From Pseudohongiellaceae bacterium (GTDB taxonomy: Bacteria > Pseudomonadota > Gammaproteobacteria > Pseudomonadales > Pseudohongiellaceae), in assembly GCA_965661105.1 (NCBI GenBank), contig CBFICR010000011.1, positions 569-64,568 of the forward strand: 64,000 nt of DNA, read 5' to 3'. Within the stretch, counting starts at the first letter, position 1; each line of letters begins with the position of its first letter. Below, piece by piece: positions 31,089 through 41,656 of this stretch. The position numbers and the translations under genes were made by a program. The notes below the pieces were generated by a model. That model ran no database searches, had not been told where the DNA came from, and saw only the letters and a list, made by a program, of their open reading frames with translations.

Positions 31089-31464
31089 ACAATCGGGGCT
31101 GACTGTTCATATAAGGATATCAAAAGCCCCGCAGGCCTTGATTCCTTTGGTCATTTTCCATAAAAAAACTTGATCGAAAACATCTGAAAGTGTAAATTGT
31201 CACCCCGCTTAATGCAGTGAAATATCCCAAACTTTTAATCTTTTTTTAAGTCTGATTTCCTGCCCACAAATAACGTTTATTAGTATAGTTTGCAGTGGAC
31301 TGATGGTGCTGGTCAGTCAAATTTTTCCAGAAAACATTGAAGAAACTGGTAGTGACCTGGTCGCGTAGAACAGGTTCAGGTGTTAAGTGCAGTTTAAAGT
31401 CAGGCACCTGATACTTCAGACAGAATTTAGAAGATAAAAGTCAAAAAGCTAAAAATATATAAGG

Positions 31465-31932
31465 TTGGCAAGCTTGAATATTGATCTTTTTCCCCTGATT
31501 GTTTACGGCGTAATCGTTGTCGGTCTTATTGCAGGCTTTCTCGTTTTGTCTGCGTTTCTTGGACAAAAACGGACCGATCATGCGACTGCCGATGTCTATG
31601 AATCCGGTGTTTTGCCAACCGGTTCGCCCAATATCAAGATTTCTGTTCCTTTCTACCTGACCGCCATACTCTTCATCATTTTCGATCTTGAAGTGGTATT
31701 TCTGTTTGCCTGGGCGATTTCCATTCGTGAAGCAGGCTGGGTCGGATTTATTGAAATTTTCATCTTTATTGGCATCCTCATCGCCGGCTTGATTTACCTG
31801 TGGCGCAGCGGTGCCCTTGAGTGGCGTACCCGTCGCCAGATTGATGACAGAGCTCATCTTGTTGGAGAGGGGGGTGTTGTTAATGTCGGCAAGGCCGCAA
31901 CAGCGACTGAAGAAACTGGAGAGCATAAATGA
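31465..31932 (+). CDS. nuoA: NADH-quinone oxidoreductase subunit A
   Basis: 155 aa with a TTG start (alternative TTG at 31474). Three TM helices, [21 protein letters not shown] and [11 protein letters not shown] close to E. coli NuoA. Confidence 0.9.
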   Translation: MASLNIDLFPLIVYGVIVVGLIAGFLVLSAFLGQKRTDHATADVYESGVLPTGSPNIKISVPFYLTAILFIIFDLEVVFLFAWAISIREAGWVGFIEIFIFIGILIAGLIYLWRSGALEWRTRRQIDDRAHLVGEGGVVNVGKAATATEETGEHK

Positions 31933-32624
31933 GCTGGGAATTAGTCCGACCAGAGGATGCATCCGATCCGCGCCCGGGAATGGAGCAGTTTGATGATTAC
32001 ATTCGCAAGAATGTAATTATGACCAGGCTTGAAGATATGCTGGCCTGGTCTCGAAAGAATTCACTCTGGCCTTTCAACTTTGGCCTTTCCTGTTGTTATG
32101 TGGAAGCCGCAACAGCTATTTCCAGCCGCCACGATATTGCCCGTTTTGGCGCAGAAGTGTTTCGTGCCACTCCTCGACAGGCCGACATGATTATTATTGC
32201 CGGTACGGTTTTCCGCAAAATGGCGCCGGTTGTACAACGTCTCTATGAACAGATGATGGAGCCACGCTGGGTGATTTGCATGGGTTCGTGCGCTAATTCC
32301 GGTGGCATGTACGACATCTATTCCGTTGTTCAGGGTGTCGACAAGTTCCTGCCGGTCGATGTTTATGTCTCAGGTTGCCCGCCACGTCCGGAAGCCTTGC
32401 TGCAGGGACTCACGTTGTTGCAGGATTCCATCGGCAAGAAACGACGTCCGGTAAGCTGGGTTATTAATGACCAGGGCATCTATGAGCGTGAAAAAGTTGA
32501 AATACAGCGTGAGGCCAGACTGAAAGATCGCATCAGTGCCACCGAGCTGGTAAGCCCTGATGAAGTAGGCCCAGGCTATTTTGATGTGGTTTCCGGCAAG
32601 AAGGGGCCGCGGGATCAGTCATAA
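31929..32624 (+). CDS. nuoB: NADH-quinone oxidoreductase subunit B
   Basis: 231 aa with ATGA overlap on nuoA. N2 cluster ligands in [19 protein letters not shown] and SGCPPRPE. Confidence 0.96.
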   Translation: MSWELVRPEDASDPRPGMEQFDDYIRKNVIMTRLEDMLAWSRKNSLWPFNFGLSCCYVEAATAISSRHDIARFGAEVFRATPRQADMIIIAGTVFRKMAPVVQRLYEQMMEPRWVICMGSCANSGGMYDIYSVVQGVDKFLPVDVYVSGCPPRPEALLQGLTLLQDSIGKKRRPVSWVINDQGIYEREKVEIQREARLKDRISATELVSPDEVGPGYFDVVSGKKGPRDQS

Positions 32625-32735
32625 GACTGATTCATGCTACTTAACAGGAGTGAATTAATTCCAACAGGGTATTAATTCCGCAAAAGCAAATTATTAATAG
32701 ACAGGTACCCGGTTCCAACAGGCTACCTGCATATA

Positions 32736-34532
32736 ATGAGAAAGCACTTGAGTAACGTAAGCGAACAAGCATCACAACAATCACAAGCCCAGATGCCGGC
32801 AGTTATCAGCGCGCTTTACCAGAAGTTTGGCGAGTCATCCTTTGTTCGCCAGCATACGGCAGAAGGGATGCCAACACTCTGGCTGGGTCGGGATAAATTA
32901 CTGGAAGTCCTGCGCTATCTGAAAGAAGACTACTCACCACGTTTTGAGATGTTACTGGATGTGACGGGTATTGATGAGCGCGCCCGTGTTAACAGGGACG
33001 GCCAACCTGACAGTGCGTTTACCGTGGTATATCACCTGATTTCCTTTTCCGGCAACTGCGATATCAGGCTGAAAGTCGCTCTTGCAGAAAATGACCAGAA
33101 TATCCCAACCATCATTTCTCTCTGGCCTGCCGCTAACTGGCACGAACGCGAAATGTGGGACATGTTCGGCATCAATGTCACCGGACATCCCAACCTTTCC
33201 CGTATCTATTGCCCGCCAACCTGGGTAGGCCATCCGCTGCGCAAGGATCATCCGGCCAGAGCCACGGAAATGGATCCCTATACCATGAGCGACGTGATCC
33301 AGGATCGTGAGCAGGAAGCCCTGCGCTTCAAGCCCGAAGAATGGGGCATGACCCGCGGCACAGATACTTCAGAGTACATGTTTCTCAACTTTGGTCCGAA
33401 CCATCCCGCAGCCCACGGTGTTATTCGTTTTGCTCTGCAGCTGGATGGTGAATATGTCATTGATTGCGTCCCTGATGTGGGTTATCACCATCGCGGCGCT
33501 GAAAAAATGGGTGAACGCCAAAGCTGGCATACCTATATTCCCTATACCGACAGGATCGATTACCTGGGCGGTGTAATGAACAATCTGCCTTACGTTATGG
33601 CTGTTGAGAAAATGGCTGGCATCCAGGTGCCTGAACGGGTCAAGGTGATCCGGGTAATGCTGGCAGAATTTTTCCGTATCTGCAGTCACCTGCTGTTTTA
33701 TGGCACATGGGCGGTTGACCTGGGACAGTTGTCCCCCCTGTTTTACTGTTTCGTCGACCGTGAAAAAGCCTTCAACATTATTGAGTCGATTACCGGCGGG
33801 CGTATGCACCCCAGCTGGTTCCGTATTGGCGGTGTTGCACAGGACCTGCCCCATGGCTGGGACAAACTGATCAAGGAGTTTGTGGATTATTTTCCTGCCC
33901 GTCTGGCCGAATACGACAAGATGATTATGGCCAACACTACGATACGCCAGCGAACCCGAGGTGTAGGCGCCATGAATACCCAGGATGCTTTTGACTGGGG
34001 TATGACAGGTCCGGCACTGCGAGCCACAGGTTTTGAATGGGATTACCGCAAGAATCGTCCCTATAGTGGCTATGAGAACTTCGAATTTGAGGTTCCCATT
34101 GCCGTCAACGGAGACTGTTATGATCGTGCAGCAGTCCGTGTTGAAGAAATGCGCCAGAGCTGTCGCATCATCAAGCAGTGCCTGGAGAATATGCCGGAAG
34201 GTCCCTATAAATCCGATCATCCGCTGACGACTCCGCCGATCAAGGAAAAAAGCAAGCTGCATATTGAAACCCTGATTGACCACTTCCTGAGTGTCAGCTG
34301 GGGACCAATTATGGACCCAACCGAAGTATCAATGACTATTGAGGCAACCAAGGGTCTCAATATGTATTACCTGATCAATGATGGAGGCAGTGGTTCCTAT
34401 CGCACACGTATACGTACGCCGTCTTTCATCCATATTCAGGCCATTCCTTTTCTGAGTCGCGGACTGATGCTGGCAGACTTTACTGCAGTCGTTGCCACCA
34501 CTGACTTTGTCATGGCGGATGTGGATAAATAA
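32736..34532 (+). CDS. nuoC: NADH-quinone oxidoreductase fused subunit C/D
   Basis: 598 aa. NuoC-like N-half ([12 protein letters not shown]) fused to a NuoD half ([19 protein letters not shown]). The start is uncertain: no clear SD, and an alternative Met lies at 32793. Confidence 0.93.
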   Translation: MRKHLSNVSEQASQQSQAQMPAVISALYQKFGESSFVRQHTAEGMPTLWLGRDKLLEVLRYLKEDYSPRFEMLLDVTGIDERARVNRDGQPDSAFTVVYHLISFSGNCDIRLKVALAENDQNIPTIISLWPAANWHEREMWDMFGINVTGHPNLSRIYCPPTWVGHPLRKDHPARATEMDPYTMSDVIQDREQEALRFKPEEWGMTRGTDTSEYMFLNFGPNHPAAHGVIRFALQLDGEYVIDCVPDVGYHHRGAEKMGERQSWHTYIPYTDRIDYLGGVMNNLPYVMAVEKMAGIQVPERVKVIRVMLAEFFRICSHLLFYGTWAVDLGQLSPLFYCFVDREKAFNIIESITGGRMHPSWFRIGGVAQDLPHGWDKLIKEFVDYFPARLAEYDKMIMANTTIRQRTRGVGAMNTQDAFDWGMTGPALRATGFEWDYRKNRPYSGYENFEFEVPIAVNGDCYDRAAVRVEEMRQSCRIIKQCLENMPEGPYKSDHPLTTPPIKEKSKLHIETLIDHFLSVSWGPIMDPTEVSMTIEATKGLNMYYLINDGGSGSYRTRIRTPSFIHIQAIPFLSRGLMLADFTAVVATTDFVMADVDK

Positions 34533-34598
34533 GAATCGACAAGATCAGGCAAAAACGATCAAGAGCAAGAGATAGAAGCAAGAGAAATTAAAGAATCA

Positions 34599-35129
34599 AT
34601 GAATAATCTAATAGCCTCAACAGCGATCAAGGCAAGACAGCTGACCGAAGAAGAGATACATGAGATCGAGCATGAAAAGACTCATTATCCCTACACTCAG
34701 GCAGTTGGCCTCGAAGCACTGAAAATAGTCCAGAAATACCAGGGCTGGGTATCCGACGAGAGCCTGCTGGCAGTTTCGGAGTACCTGGATATTGCACCCG
34801 ATGAGCTGGAAGGTGTTGCTACTTTCTTTAATATGATTTTCAGACGTCCGGTCGGCAAGAATGTCATTTTATTGTGTGACAGTGTGGCCTGCTGGATGCT
34901 TGGTTGCGATAACCTGAAAGAGCATATCAGTAATACCCTTGGTATCGACTATGGTGAAACCACCAAGGACGGGCTTTTTACCCTGATTCCGGTTCCCTGT
35001 CTGGGGGCATGCGATAAGGCACCGGTGATGATGGTAGGGCGGGAAACCTATACGCACCTGTCTACTAACAAGATTGACCAGATCATTGCCCACATCCGCG
35101 ATGAATCACCGGTGGAGCTGGATAACTGA
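34599..35129 (+). CDS. nuoE: NADH-quinone oxidoreductase subunit E
   Basis: 176 aa. [2Fe-2S] ligands in LLCDSVACWMLG and CLGACDKAP. Confidence 0.94.
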   Translation: MNNLIASTAIKARQLTEEEIHEIEHEKTHYPYTQAVGLEALKIVQKYQGWVSDESLLAVSEYLDIAPDELEGVATFFNMIFRRPVGKNVILLCDSVACWMLGCDNLKEHISNTLGIDYGETTKDGLFTLIPVPCLGACDKAPVMMVGRETYTHLSTNKIDQIIAHIRDESPVELDN

Positions 35130-35137
35130 GTAGCACT

Positions 35138-36412
35138 ATGGCAACGGATAAACCCTTAACAAAAAATATTGAAATCGGCCGTGACCCTTTCAACTTCAAG
35201 CAGTATGAAGCTGCTGGCGGTTATGAAAGTGTACGTAAAGTTGTAACCATGGCGCCAGGTGATGTTGTAAACCTGGTAAAAGACGCAGGCCTTGGTGGTC
35301 GTGGCGGTGCCGGATTTAACACCGGTTTGAAATGGAGTTTTGTTCCTGCACCCGATGGTGGCCCACGATATCTGGTGATTAATGGCGATGAAATGGAGCC
35401 TGGTACGTTCAAGGATCGTCTGCTTATCGAACATGATCCCCATTTGCTTATCGAGGGCATGATTACCACTTGCTTTGCGCTGCAGGCCCAGACCGGTTAT
35501 ATCTTCCTGCGTGGTGAATATACAGTCTGTGAAGAGCGCCTGCTGAGGGCTATCAGCGAAGCTTATGAAAACGGCATGCTGGGTAAGAACATCCTTGGCT
35601 CCGGTTTTGATCTGGATATTTACCTGCATACCAGTGCCGGGCGCTATATTTGCGGAGAAGAAACCGCCCTGATTAATGCACTCGAGGGCAAGCGCGCCAA
35701 TCCGCGCGCGAAACCGCCTTTTCCCCAGGTAAGTGGTTTGTGGGGAAGACCTACAGTGGTAAACAATGTTGAAACTATCTGCAATATTCCCGGCATCGTT
35801 GCCAATGGCGTTGAATGGTATCAGGGCCTCGGACTGGGTGACTTTGTTGGCACCCGTATTTCAGGTGTCAGCGGACGTGTAAAAAATCCTGGCTGCTGGG
35901 AGGTCCCGGTTGGTATCACTTTCCGCCAGTTACTGGAAGATTACGCCGGTGGAATGCAGGATGGTTATGAATTGAAAGCCTTCTTGCCAGGCGGAGGCTC
36001 CACTGACTTTCTGATGCCGGAACATCTTGATCTGCCCATGGATCCCGGTGCTGTGCAAAAAGCCGGTAGTCGACTGGGGACCTCACTGATCATGGTGCTG
36101 GATGACAAGACCTGCCCGGTTGGCTGTATCCGTAATCTGATCAAGTTTTTTGCCCATGAAAGCTGTGGCTGGTGTACCCCTTGCCGTGACGGATTACCCT
36201 GGACAGAACAGATGCTGAATAAGCTTGAAGAAGGCACCGGCAGCATGAAAGATATCGAAATATTGAAAGAAATGACCGGCTATATGGGAATAGGTAATAC
36301 ATTCTGTGCATTGGCGCCGGGTGCCATGGAGCCTCTGCAGAGCGGCCTGAAATATTTTATTGATGAATTTGAAGCTCATGTTAATCATGGGTGTGGTTAC
36401 AGCAAGCAATAA
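35138..36412 (+). CDS. nuoF: NADH-quinone oxidoreductase subunit F
   Basis: 424 aa. FMN/NADH site GGRGGAGFNTGLKW and YICGEETALINALEG; N3 cluster ESCGWCTPCRDG. Confidence 0.97.
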   Translation: MATDKPLTKNIEIGRDPFNFKQYEAAGGYESVRKVVTMAPGDVVNLVKDAGLGGRGGAGFNTGLKWSFVPAPDGGPRYLVINGDEMEPGTFKDRLLIEHDPHLLIEGMITTCFALQAQTGYIFLRGEYTVCEERLLRAISEAYENGMLGKNILGSGFDLDIYLHTSAGRYICGEETALINALEGKRANPRAKPPFPQVSGLWGRPTVVNNVETICNIPGIVANGVEWYQGLGLGDFVGTRISGVSGRVKNPGCWEVPVGITFRQLLEDYAGGMQDGYELKAFLPGGGSTDFLMPEHLDLPMDPGAVQKAGSRLGTSLIMVLDDKTCPVGCIRNLIKFFAHESCGWCTPCRDGLPWTEQMLNKLEEGTGSMKDIEILKEMTGYMGIGNTFCALAPGAMEPLQSGLKYFIDEFEAHVNHGCGYSKQ

Positions 36413-36469
36413 TATACATTAATACTTGCCTATAACTTATTGTAAGTATTGATTTTATCGGAGTGGTAA

Positions 36470-39196
36470 ATGGTAAAAATTACCGTTGATGGCAAAGTCC
36501 TTGAAGTGGACGAAAGCAAAAACCTGCTGGAAGAAGTGCTCTCCCAGGGGGAAGATTTGCCATATTTCTGCTGGCATCCCAGCATGGGCTCCGTCGGTTC
36601 TTGCCGGCAATGTGCTGTTATTGAATATGCCAACGATGAAGATGAGCGTGGCCGCCTGAATATGGCCTGCATGACATCGCCAAGAGAGGGCGCACGATAC
36701 TCCATCGAGAAGGCTGCCAAGTTCCGTGCCCAGGCCATCGAAAGCATTATGATCAATCATCCCCATGACTGTCCGGTCTGTGAGGAGGGCGGTGAATGTC
36801 ATCTTCAGGATATGACCGTCATGTCCGGCCACAACTACCGCCGTTATGATGGTAAGAAAAAGACCCATACCAACCAGTATCTTGGTCCGTTTATTGGCCA
36901 TGAAATGAATCGTTGCATCACCTGTTATCGCTGCGTTCGCTTCTACAAGGATTATGCTGGCGGGACTGATTTCGGGCCACAGGCCTCTCATGACAATACC
37001 TATTTCGGACGCTGGCAGGAAGGCCCGCTGGAAAGTGAATTCAGCGGCAATCTGGCTGAAGTCTGTCCGACCGGGGTTTTCACCGACAAACCATTCAGCA
37101 AGCACTATGTACGCAAATGGGATCTGCAAACAGCACCCTCCGTGTGTGCCGGTTGCAGCGTAGGCTGTAACACCAATCCCGGTGAACGTTATGGCACCCT
37201 GCGCCGGGTTGTAAATCGTTTTAATGATGAAGTGAATGGCTATTTCCTTTGCGACCGCGGACGTTTTGGTACCGGTTATGTGAACAGTGACGAGCGTATT
37301 ACTGTCAGCATGACCCGCAGTGCCCATGACGCAGCCCCTCATCAGGCCAGTACCGATGAAGCACGAAACCGGTTACAGGCCATGGCCGCCAATAGCATCG
37401 GTATCGGTTCGCCTCGCGCCTCACTGGAAGCCAATTTTGCCTTACGCGAGCTGGTAGGCGCTGAAAATTTCTATGCCGGCATTTCTACCAATGAACTGGC
37501 AATGTCCAGGCAGATTCTTGATATCTATCGTTCAAGACCGGTAAATATCGCCAACATCAAGGATATCGAAGCTTCCGATGCTGTACTTATCCTTGGTGAA
37601 GATGTCACCAACACTGCTGCACGTCTGGCATTAGCCCTGCGTCAGTCGGTGCGTAATCTCGGCAAGAAGATGGCCCGGGATATGAAGTTTCCAGAGTGGC
37701 AGGATGCAGCTATCCGCCAGCTCACCATGGATCGCAAAAGCCCTTTGTATATATTAAGTGCACACGCCACACGGCTTGACGATATCGCTGCCCGGGTCGA
37801 AATAGGCACTGCCGCCAATAGCGCCCGACTGGGTTTTGCCATCGCCCATGAAATTGATTCCTCTGCGCCTGCCGTCCAAGACCTCAGTGCAAATGAAAAA
37901 GAGCTTGTCACCACGATTGCCAACGCACTGAAAGAGGCGAGTCAGCCTTTGATTATCAGTGGAACAGGCGCTATGAGCCAGGCCCTCATTGCGGCAGCAG
38001 CCAATATTGCCACCGCGCTGAATGACGCTGACAAGAAAGCAAATCTGGCACTGGTTTCTGCCGAAGCCAACAGCATGGGCCTTGCATTACTTATGGAGAA
38101 CAGTGAGAACTCACTGGACCAGGCCATGGCAAGCAATGCAAAAGCCGCCATAGTGCTGGAAAATGATTTATATCGACGTGCGCCCGCTGGCAACATAGAC
38201 AGTTTTATCAACGGTCTTGACCAGCTTGCTGTACTGGACTCCCTGAAAACCCGTACCGGTGAACAGGCCAATCTGGTGCTGGCAGCAGGTACGTTTGCAG
38301 AAACCTCCGGCACTTTTGTGAATTACGAAGTAAGAGCACAGCATTATTATTCCGTGTTCAAGCCTGTTGATGCCATACGATCCAGTGCTTTCTGGTTAAG
38401 CGATAAGAAACTTTCCGAGTTAACCCAGGGCTGTGCAGACAGCATTTCCGGTGGCGCAGGGATTGCGACACTGACCCCGGGCGAAGGCTTCAGTTTTTCC
38501 GGGATGAAAGTTCCTCGCCAGCAGCATCGTTACAGTGGTCGAACCGCGATGCGGGCCAATATCAGCGTCCATGAACCTAAACAGGAACAGGATGAAGAGG
38601 GAATTCTTACCTATTCTATGGAAGGCGTTTCGGCGCTCAAGGATGCAACAGTATTTAATACCGCCTGGGCCGGCGGCTGGAATTCCAACCAGAGTGTCTT
38701 CAAGTTCCAGAGTCATACCGGCGGGGCCCTGAAACAGGCCACTCACGGTCATTGCCTGGTGGAGAATTCCGTCACAGAAAAAACCTGGTCTGAGGTAATC
38801 GACGCTGAAAAAGTGAAAGGTGATTTCGAAGTCTTTCCGCTCTACCACCTGTTTGGCAGTGAAGAATTAACAGCCAACACAGAGGCTATCAAGGCAAAAG
38901 CAACCTCAGCCTATATTGCAATTAATGAGGCAGATGCCAGTAAGTTAGGCCTGCAGGCGAGCGACGGCGTCAGTGTTGAACATAATGGTGCCGTGCCTTA
39001 TATCATTCGCAGTTCCATTGCACCTGGCACAGTCGGGGTTCCGGTTGGCCTGAAAGGGCTGAATTTCCGTGATTTGCCTGGAGCGATTTCCCTTGAGAAG
39101 GCCACAGATTGGACCAGTCCGTCTGAATGGCATGCTGGCAATATCATTGTCAGCGACAAGACAACTGTTAATGCAGAAAACGGGGGTGAAGCCTGA
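36470..39196 (+). CDS. nuoG: NADH-quinone oxidoreductase subunit G
   Basis: 908 aa. N-terminal 2Fe-2S CWHPSMGSVGSCRQC, HPHDCPVCEEGGECHLQD, CITCYRCVRF, and a molybdopterin-like C-domain. Confidence 0.96.
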   Translation: MVKITVDGKVLEVDESKNLLEEVLSQGEDLPYFCWHPSMGSVGSCRQCAVIEYANDEDERGRLNMACMTSPREGARYSIEKAAKFRAQAIESIMINHPHDCPVCEEGGECHLQDMTVMSGHNYRRYDGKKKTHTNQYLGPFIGHEMNRCITCYRCVRFYKDYAGGTDFGPQASHDNTYFGRWQEGPLESEFSGNLAEVCPTGVFTDKPFSKHYVRKWDLQTAPSVCAGCSVGCNTNPGERYGTLRRVVNRFNDEVNGYFLCDRGRFGTGYVNSDERITVSMTRSAHDAAPHQASTDEARNRLQAMAANSIGIGSPRASLEANFALRELVGAENFYAGISTNELAMSRQILDIYRSRPVNIANIKDIEASDAVLILGEDVTNTAARLALALRQSVRNLGKKMARDMKFPEWQDAAIRQLTMDRKSPLYILSAHATRLDDIAARVEIGTAANSARLGFAIAHEIDSSAPAVQDLSANEKELVTTIANALKEASQPLIISGTGAMSQALIAAAANIATALNDADKKANLALVSAEANSMGLALLMENSENSLDQAMASNAKAAIVLENDLYRRAPAGNIDSFINGLDQLAVLDSLKTRTGEQANLVLAAGTFAETSGTFVNYEVRAQHYYSVFKPVDAIRSSAFWLSDKKLSELTQGCADSISGGAGIATLTPGEGFSFSGMKVPRQQHRYSGRTAMRANISVHEPKQEQDEEGILTYSMEGVSALKDATVFNTAWAGGWNSNQSVFKFQSHTGGALKQATHGHCLVENSVTEKTWSEVIDAEKVKGDFEVFPLYHLFGSEELTANTEAIKAKATSAYIAINEADASKLGLQASDGVSVEHNGAVPYIIRSSIAPGTVGVPVGLKGLNFRDLPGAISLEKATDWTSPSEWHAGNIIVSDKTTVNAENGGEA

Positions 39197-40179
39197 TGTT
39201 CAGTTTCCAGGTAGGTTCCCTGCTTAATATTGTCCTGATTCTCGGGGTCGTTCTGACTCTTGCTGCATTACTGATCTGGATGGAAAGGCGCTTGCTGGGG
39301 TTTTTCAATGATCGTGTTGGCCCCAACCGGGTAGGCCCATTCGGTATTCTGCAATCCGTTGCCGATGTCGTAAAACTGATCACCAAGGAAGACTGGATAC
39401 CTCCGTTTGCTGACAAACTGACATTCGTGGTTGCACCAATGATTATTCCGATAGTCATGTTGCTCAGCTTTGCCATGATCCCATTCGCACCCGGGGTCGG
39501 CATTATCGACATGAATATTGGCCTGTTATTTGTGATGGCCATGGCAGGCCTGGCGTCCTATTCAGCCATGCTGGGGGGGATAGCCTCCAACAACAAGTTC
39601 GCCTTGCTGGGTGGTTTACGTGCTGCGGGCCAGATGATTTCCTATGAAGTATTCATGGGGGTTTCAATTCTAGGTGTAGTTATCCTTTCCGACAGTTTTT
39701 CATTGCGCGGTATTGTCGAAGCACAGCACGACGGCTGGTATGTGATTCCCCAGTTTATTGGGTTCATTGTATTTATGGTCGCGGCATTGGCGGAATCGCA
39801 TCGCTGGCCGTTTGACCTGCCAGAAGGTGAGGCGGAAATTATTTCCGGCTTCAATACTGAATATTCAGGGATGAAATTTGGCTTGTTCTTTGTCGGAGAA
39901 TATATCGGCATGCTGTTAATGGCCTGTCTGATACCGGTTTTATTTTTTGGTGGCTGGCATGCCCCGTTTGGCCTTGAATTCGGCAATGAAATCATTTCAG
40001 GCGTGTTCTGGATGGGCACCAAAACCATGCTGTTTGTCTGCTTCTTCATTCTGGTCAGGGCGGCACTTGCGAGACCTCGATATGACCAGTTAATGAGTTA
40101 TGGCTGGCTGGTAATGCTGCCGTTGTCACTGCTTAACTTGCTGATTACCGGCGCCATCGTGCTGATACAGGGGAGTTAG
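39196..40179 (+). CDS. nuoH: NADH-quinone oxidoreductase subunit H
   Basis: 327 aa with TGATG overlap on nuo[25 protein letters not shown] and multiple TM helices. Confidence 0.95.
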   Translation: MFSFQVGSLLNIVLILGVVLTLAALLIWMERRLLGFFNDRVGPNRVGPFGILQSVADVVKLITKEDWIPPFADKLTFVVAPMIIPIVMLLSFAMIPFAPGVGIIDMNIGLLFVMAMAGLASYSAMLGGIASNNKFALLGGLRAAGQMISYEVFMGVSILGVVILSDSFSLRGIVEAQHDGWYVIPQFIGFIVFMVAALAESHRWPFDLPEGEAEIISGFNTEYSGMKFGLFFVGEYIGMLLMACLIPVLFFGGWHAPFGLEFGNEIISGVFWMGTKTMLFVCFFILVRAALARPRYDQLMSYGWLVMLPLSLLNLLITGAIVLIQGS

Positions 40180-40181
40180 AA

Positions 40182-40730
40182 TTGCTTAAAATATTTTTAC
40201 ATCAGCTTAATATTATCTGGTCACAGATTGTTTCTCTTTGGCTGGTTTTTCTGCACCTGTTCCATAAATCTGACACTGTTGAGTATCCGGAAGTTAAACC
40301 GCATATGTTTCCGCGCTGGCGTGGTCGCATAATTCTTACCCGCGACCCCGACGGGGAAGAACGCTGTGTCGCCTGCAACCTTTGTGCAGTGGCCTGTCCG
40401 GTTGACTGTATTGCACTTCAGAAAACTGAAGACGAAGACGGACGCTGGTACCCGGAGTTTTTCCGCATAAACTTTTCCCGTTGCATCATGTGTGGCTTTT
40501 GTGAAGAAGCCTGTCCAACCCATGCTATCCAGTTAACTCCGGATTTCGAAATGGCTGAATATGTGCGCCAGGATATGGTGTGGGAAAAGGAACATATGCT
40601 TATTGACGGCACAGGTAAATACCACGATTACAATTTCTACAAGGTCGCTGGCAAGGCAATTGGCGGCAAAGGAAAGGGCGAAGCCCTTGATGAATTGCCA
40701 CCGACTGATCGCAGGAGTCTGATGCCATGA
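40182..40730 (+). CDS. nuoI: NADH-quinone oxidoreductase subunit I
   Basis: 182 aa with a TTG start. Two 4Fe-4S motifs, [12 protein letters not shown] and [12 protein letters not shown]. Near-identical blocks to E. coli NuoI ([27 protein letters not shown]). Confidence 0.96.
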   Translation: MLKIFLHQLNIIWSQIVSLWLVFLHLFHKSDTVEYPEVKPHMFPRWRGRIILTRDPDGEERCVACNLCAVACPVDCIALQKTEDEDGRWYPEFFRINFSRCIMCGFCEEACPTHAIQLTPDFEMAEYVRQDMVWEKEHMLIDGTGKYHDYNFYKVAGKAIGGKGKGEALDELPPTDRRSLMP

Positions 40731-41209
40731 GTGTACTCTTTTATGGCTCAGCCATTATCGCCGTTCTGGCGACCCTGCTGGTGATTACCCGAACAAACAT
40801 TGTGCATGCCCTGTTGTACTTCATTGTTTCCCTGCTGGCAATTGCGGTCATTTTTTACACCCTTGGCGCTCCCTTTGCAGCGGCACTTGAGATTATTGTT
40901 TATGCGGGCGCCATCATGGTGATGTTCCTGTTTGTGGTGATGATGCTTAACCTGGGACATGTTACCCAGGATCAGGAAAAAGCCTGGCTAACACCTTCAG
41001 TGTGGATAGGACCAAGCATAATGGCTGTTCCCTTGCTGGCTGCTGTGATTTACGCCATCAACCTTAACCAGGAGCAGATGGCACATACAGTTGTTGGCGG
41101 AAAAGAAATTGGTATTGCCCTGTTTGGGCCTTATGTACTGGCCGTTGAACTTGCCTCCATGCTTCTGCTTGCAGGACTGGTCGGTGCCTATCATCTGGCC
41201 AGAAAATAA
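40727..41209 (+). CDS. nuoJ: NADH-quinone oxidoreductase subunit J
   Basis: 160 aa with ATGA overlap on nuoI. Hydrophobic, in the expected operon position. Confidence 0.92.
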   Translation: MSVLFYGSAIIAVLATLLVITRTNIVHALLYFIVSLLAIAVIFYTLGAPFAAALEIIVYAGAIMVMFLFVVMMLNLGHVTQDQEKAWLTPSVWIGPSIMAVPLLAAVIYAINLNQEQMAHTVVGGKEIGIALFGPYVLAVELASMLLLAGLVGAYHLARK

Positions 41210-41310
41210 CAAGTTATTAACAAGCAACATAAACAGATATAAAAAATGCATATATTGAGTATGAGTAATAGAGAAGGGGAACGTAACTGATGGAGATGCC
41301 AACAGTCACA

Positions 41311-41619
41311 ATGCAGGTAATTCCCATGGAGCATGGTTTATTGCTCGCTGCAATTCTCTTTGTCCTGGGTATGGTAGGCGTGCTGACCCGACGCAACCTG
41401 GTGTTTATTCTCATGTCCCTGGAAATCATGCTTAATGCAACCGGCCTCGCCTTTATCGTTGCGTCCTCTCGCTGGGGTCAGGTTGATGGACAGATTATGT
41501 TCCTGATGATTCTGAGTCTGGCCGCAGCGGAAGTCGCGGTTGCACTTGGACTGGTATTACAGCTGTTCAACAAGCGCAAAACACTCGATATCAATGTCCT
41601 TGGCGAGATGAAAGGTTAG
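41311..41619 (+). CDS. nuoK: NADH-quinone oxidoreductase subunit K
   Basis: The ORF is open from 41290. The ATG at 41311 (MQVIPMEHGLLLAAILFVLG) aligns with the E. coli NuoK start MIPLQHGLILAAILFVLG. 102 aa. Confidence 0.92.
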   Translation: MQVIPMEHGLLLAAILFVLGMVGVLTRRNLVFILMSLEIMLNATGLAFIVASSRWGQVDGQIMFLMILSLAAAEVAVALGLVLQLFNKRKTLDINVLGEMKG

Positions 41620-41656
41620 ACCCTGATTCCCTGTTTTATAAAGGTAAAAGAATAAG

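Noticed and set aside
33369-34283. 304-aa ORF antisense to nuoCD
   Set aside because: It lies entirely inside, and antisense to, a gene whose sense frame has unambiguous NuoD motifs. Its translation is low-complexity with no motifs, no start context and no independent intergenic space. This is a typical shadow ORF.
36455-37342. 295-aa ORF antisense to the 5' part of nuoG
   Set aside because: Same reasoning. The sense frame carries all NuoG Fe-S Cys motifs. The antisense product is rich in Gly/Ala/Thr/Ile with no recognisable domain.
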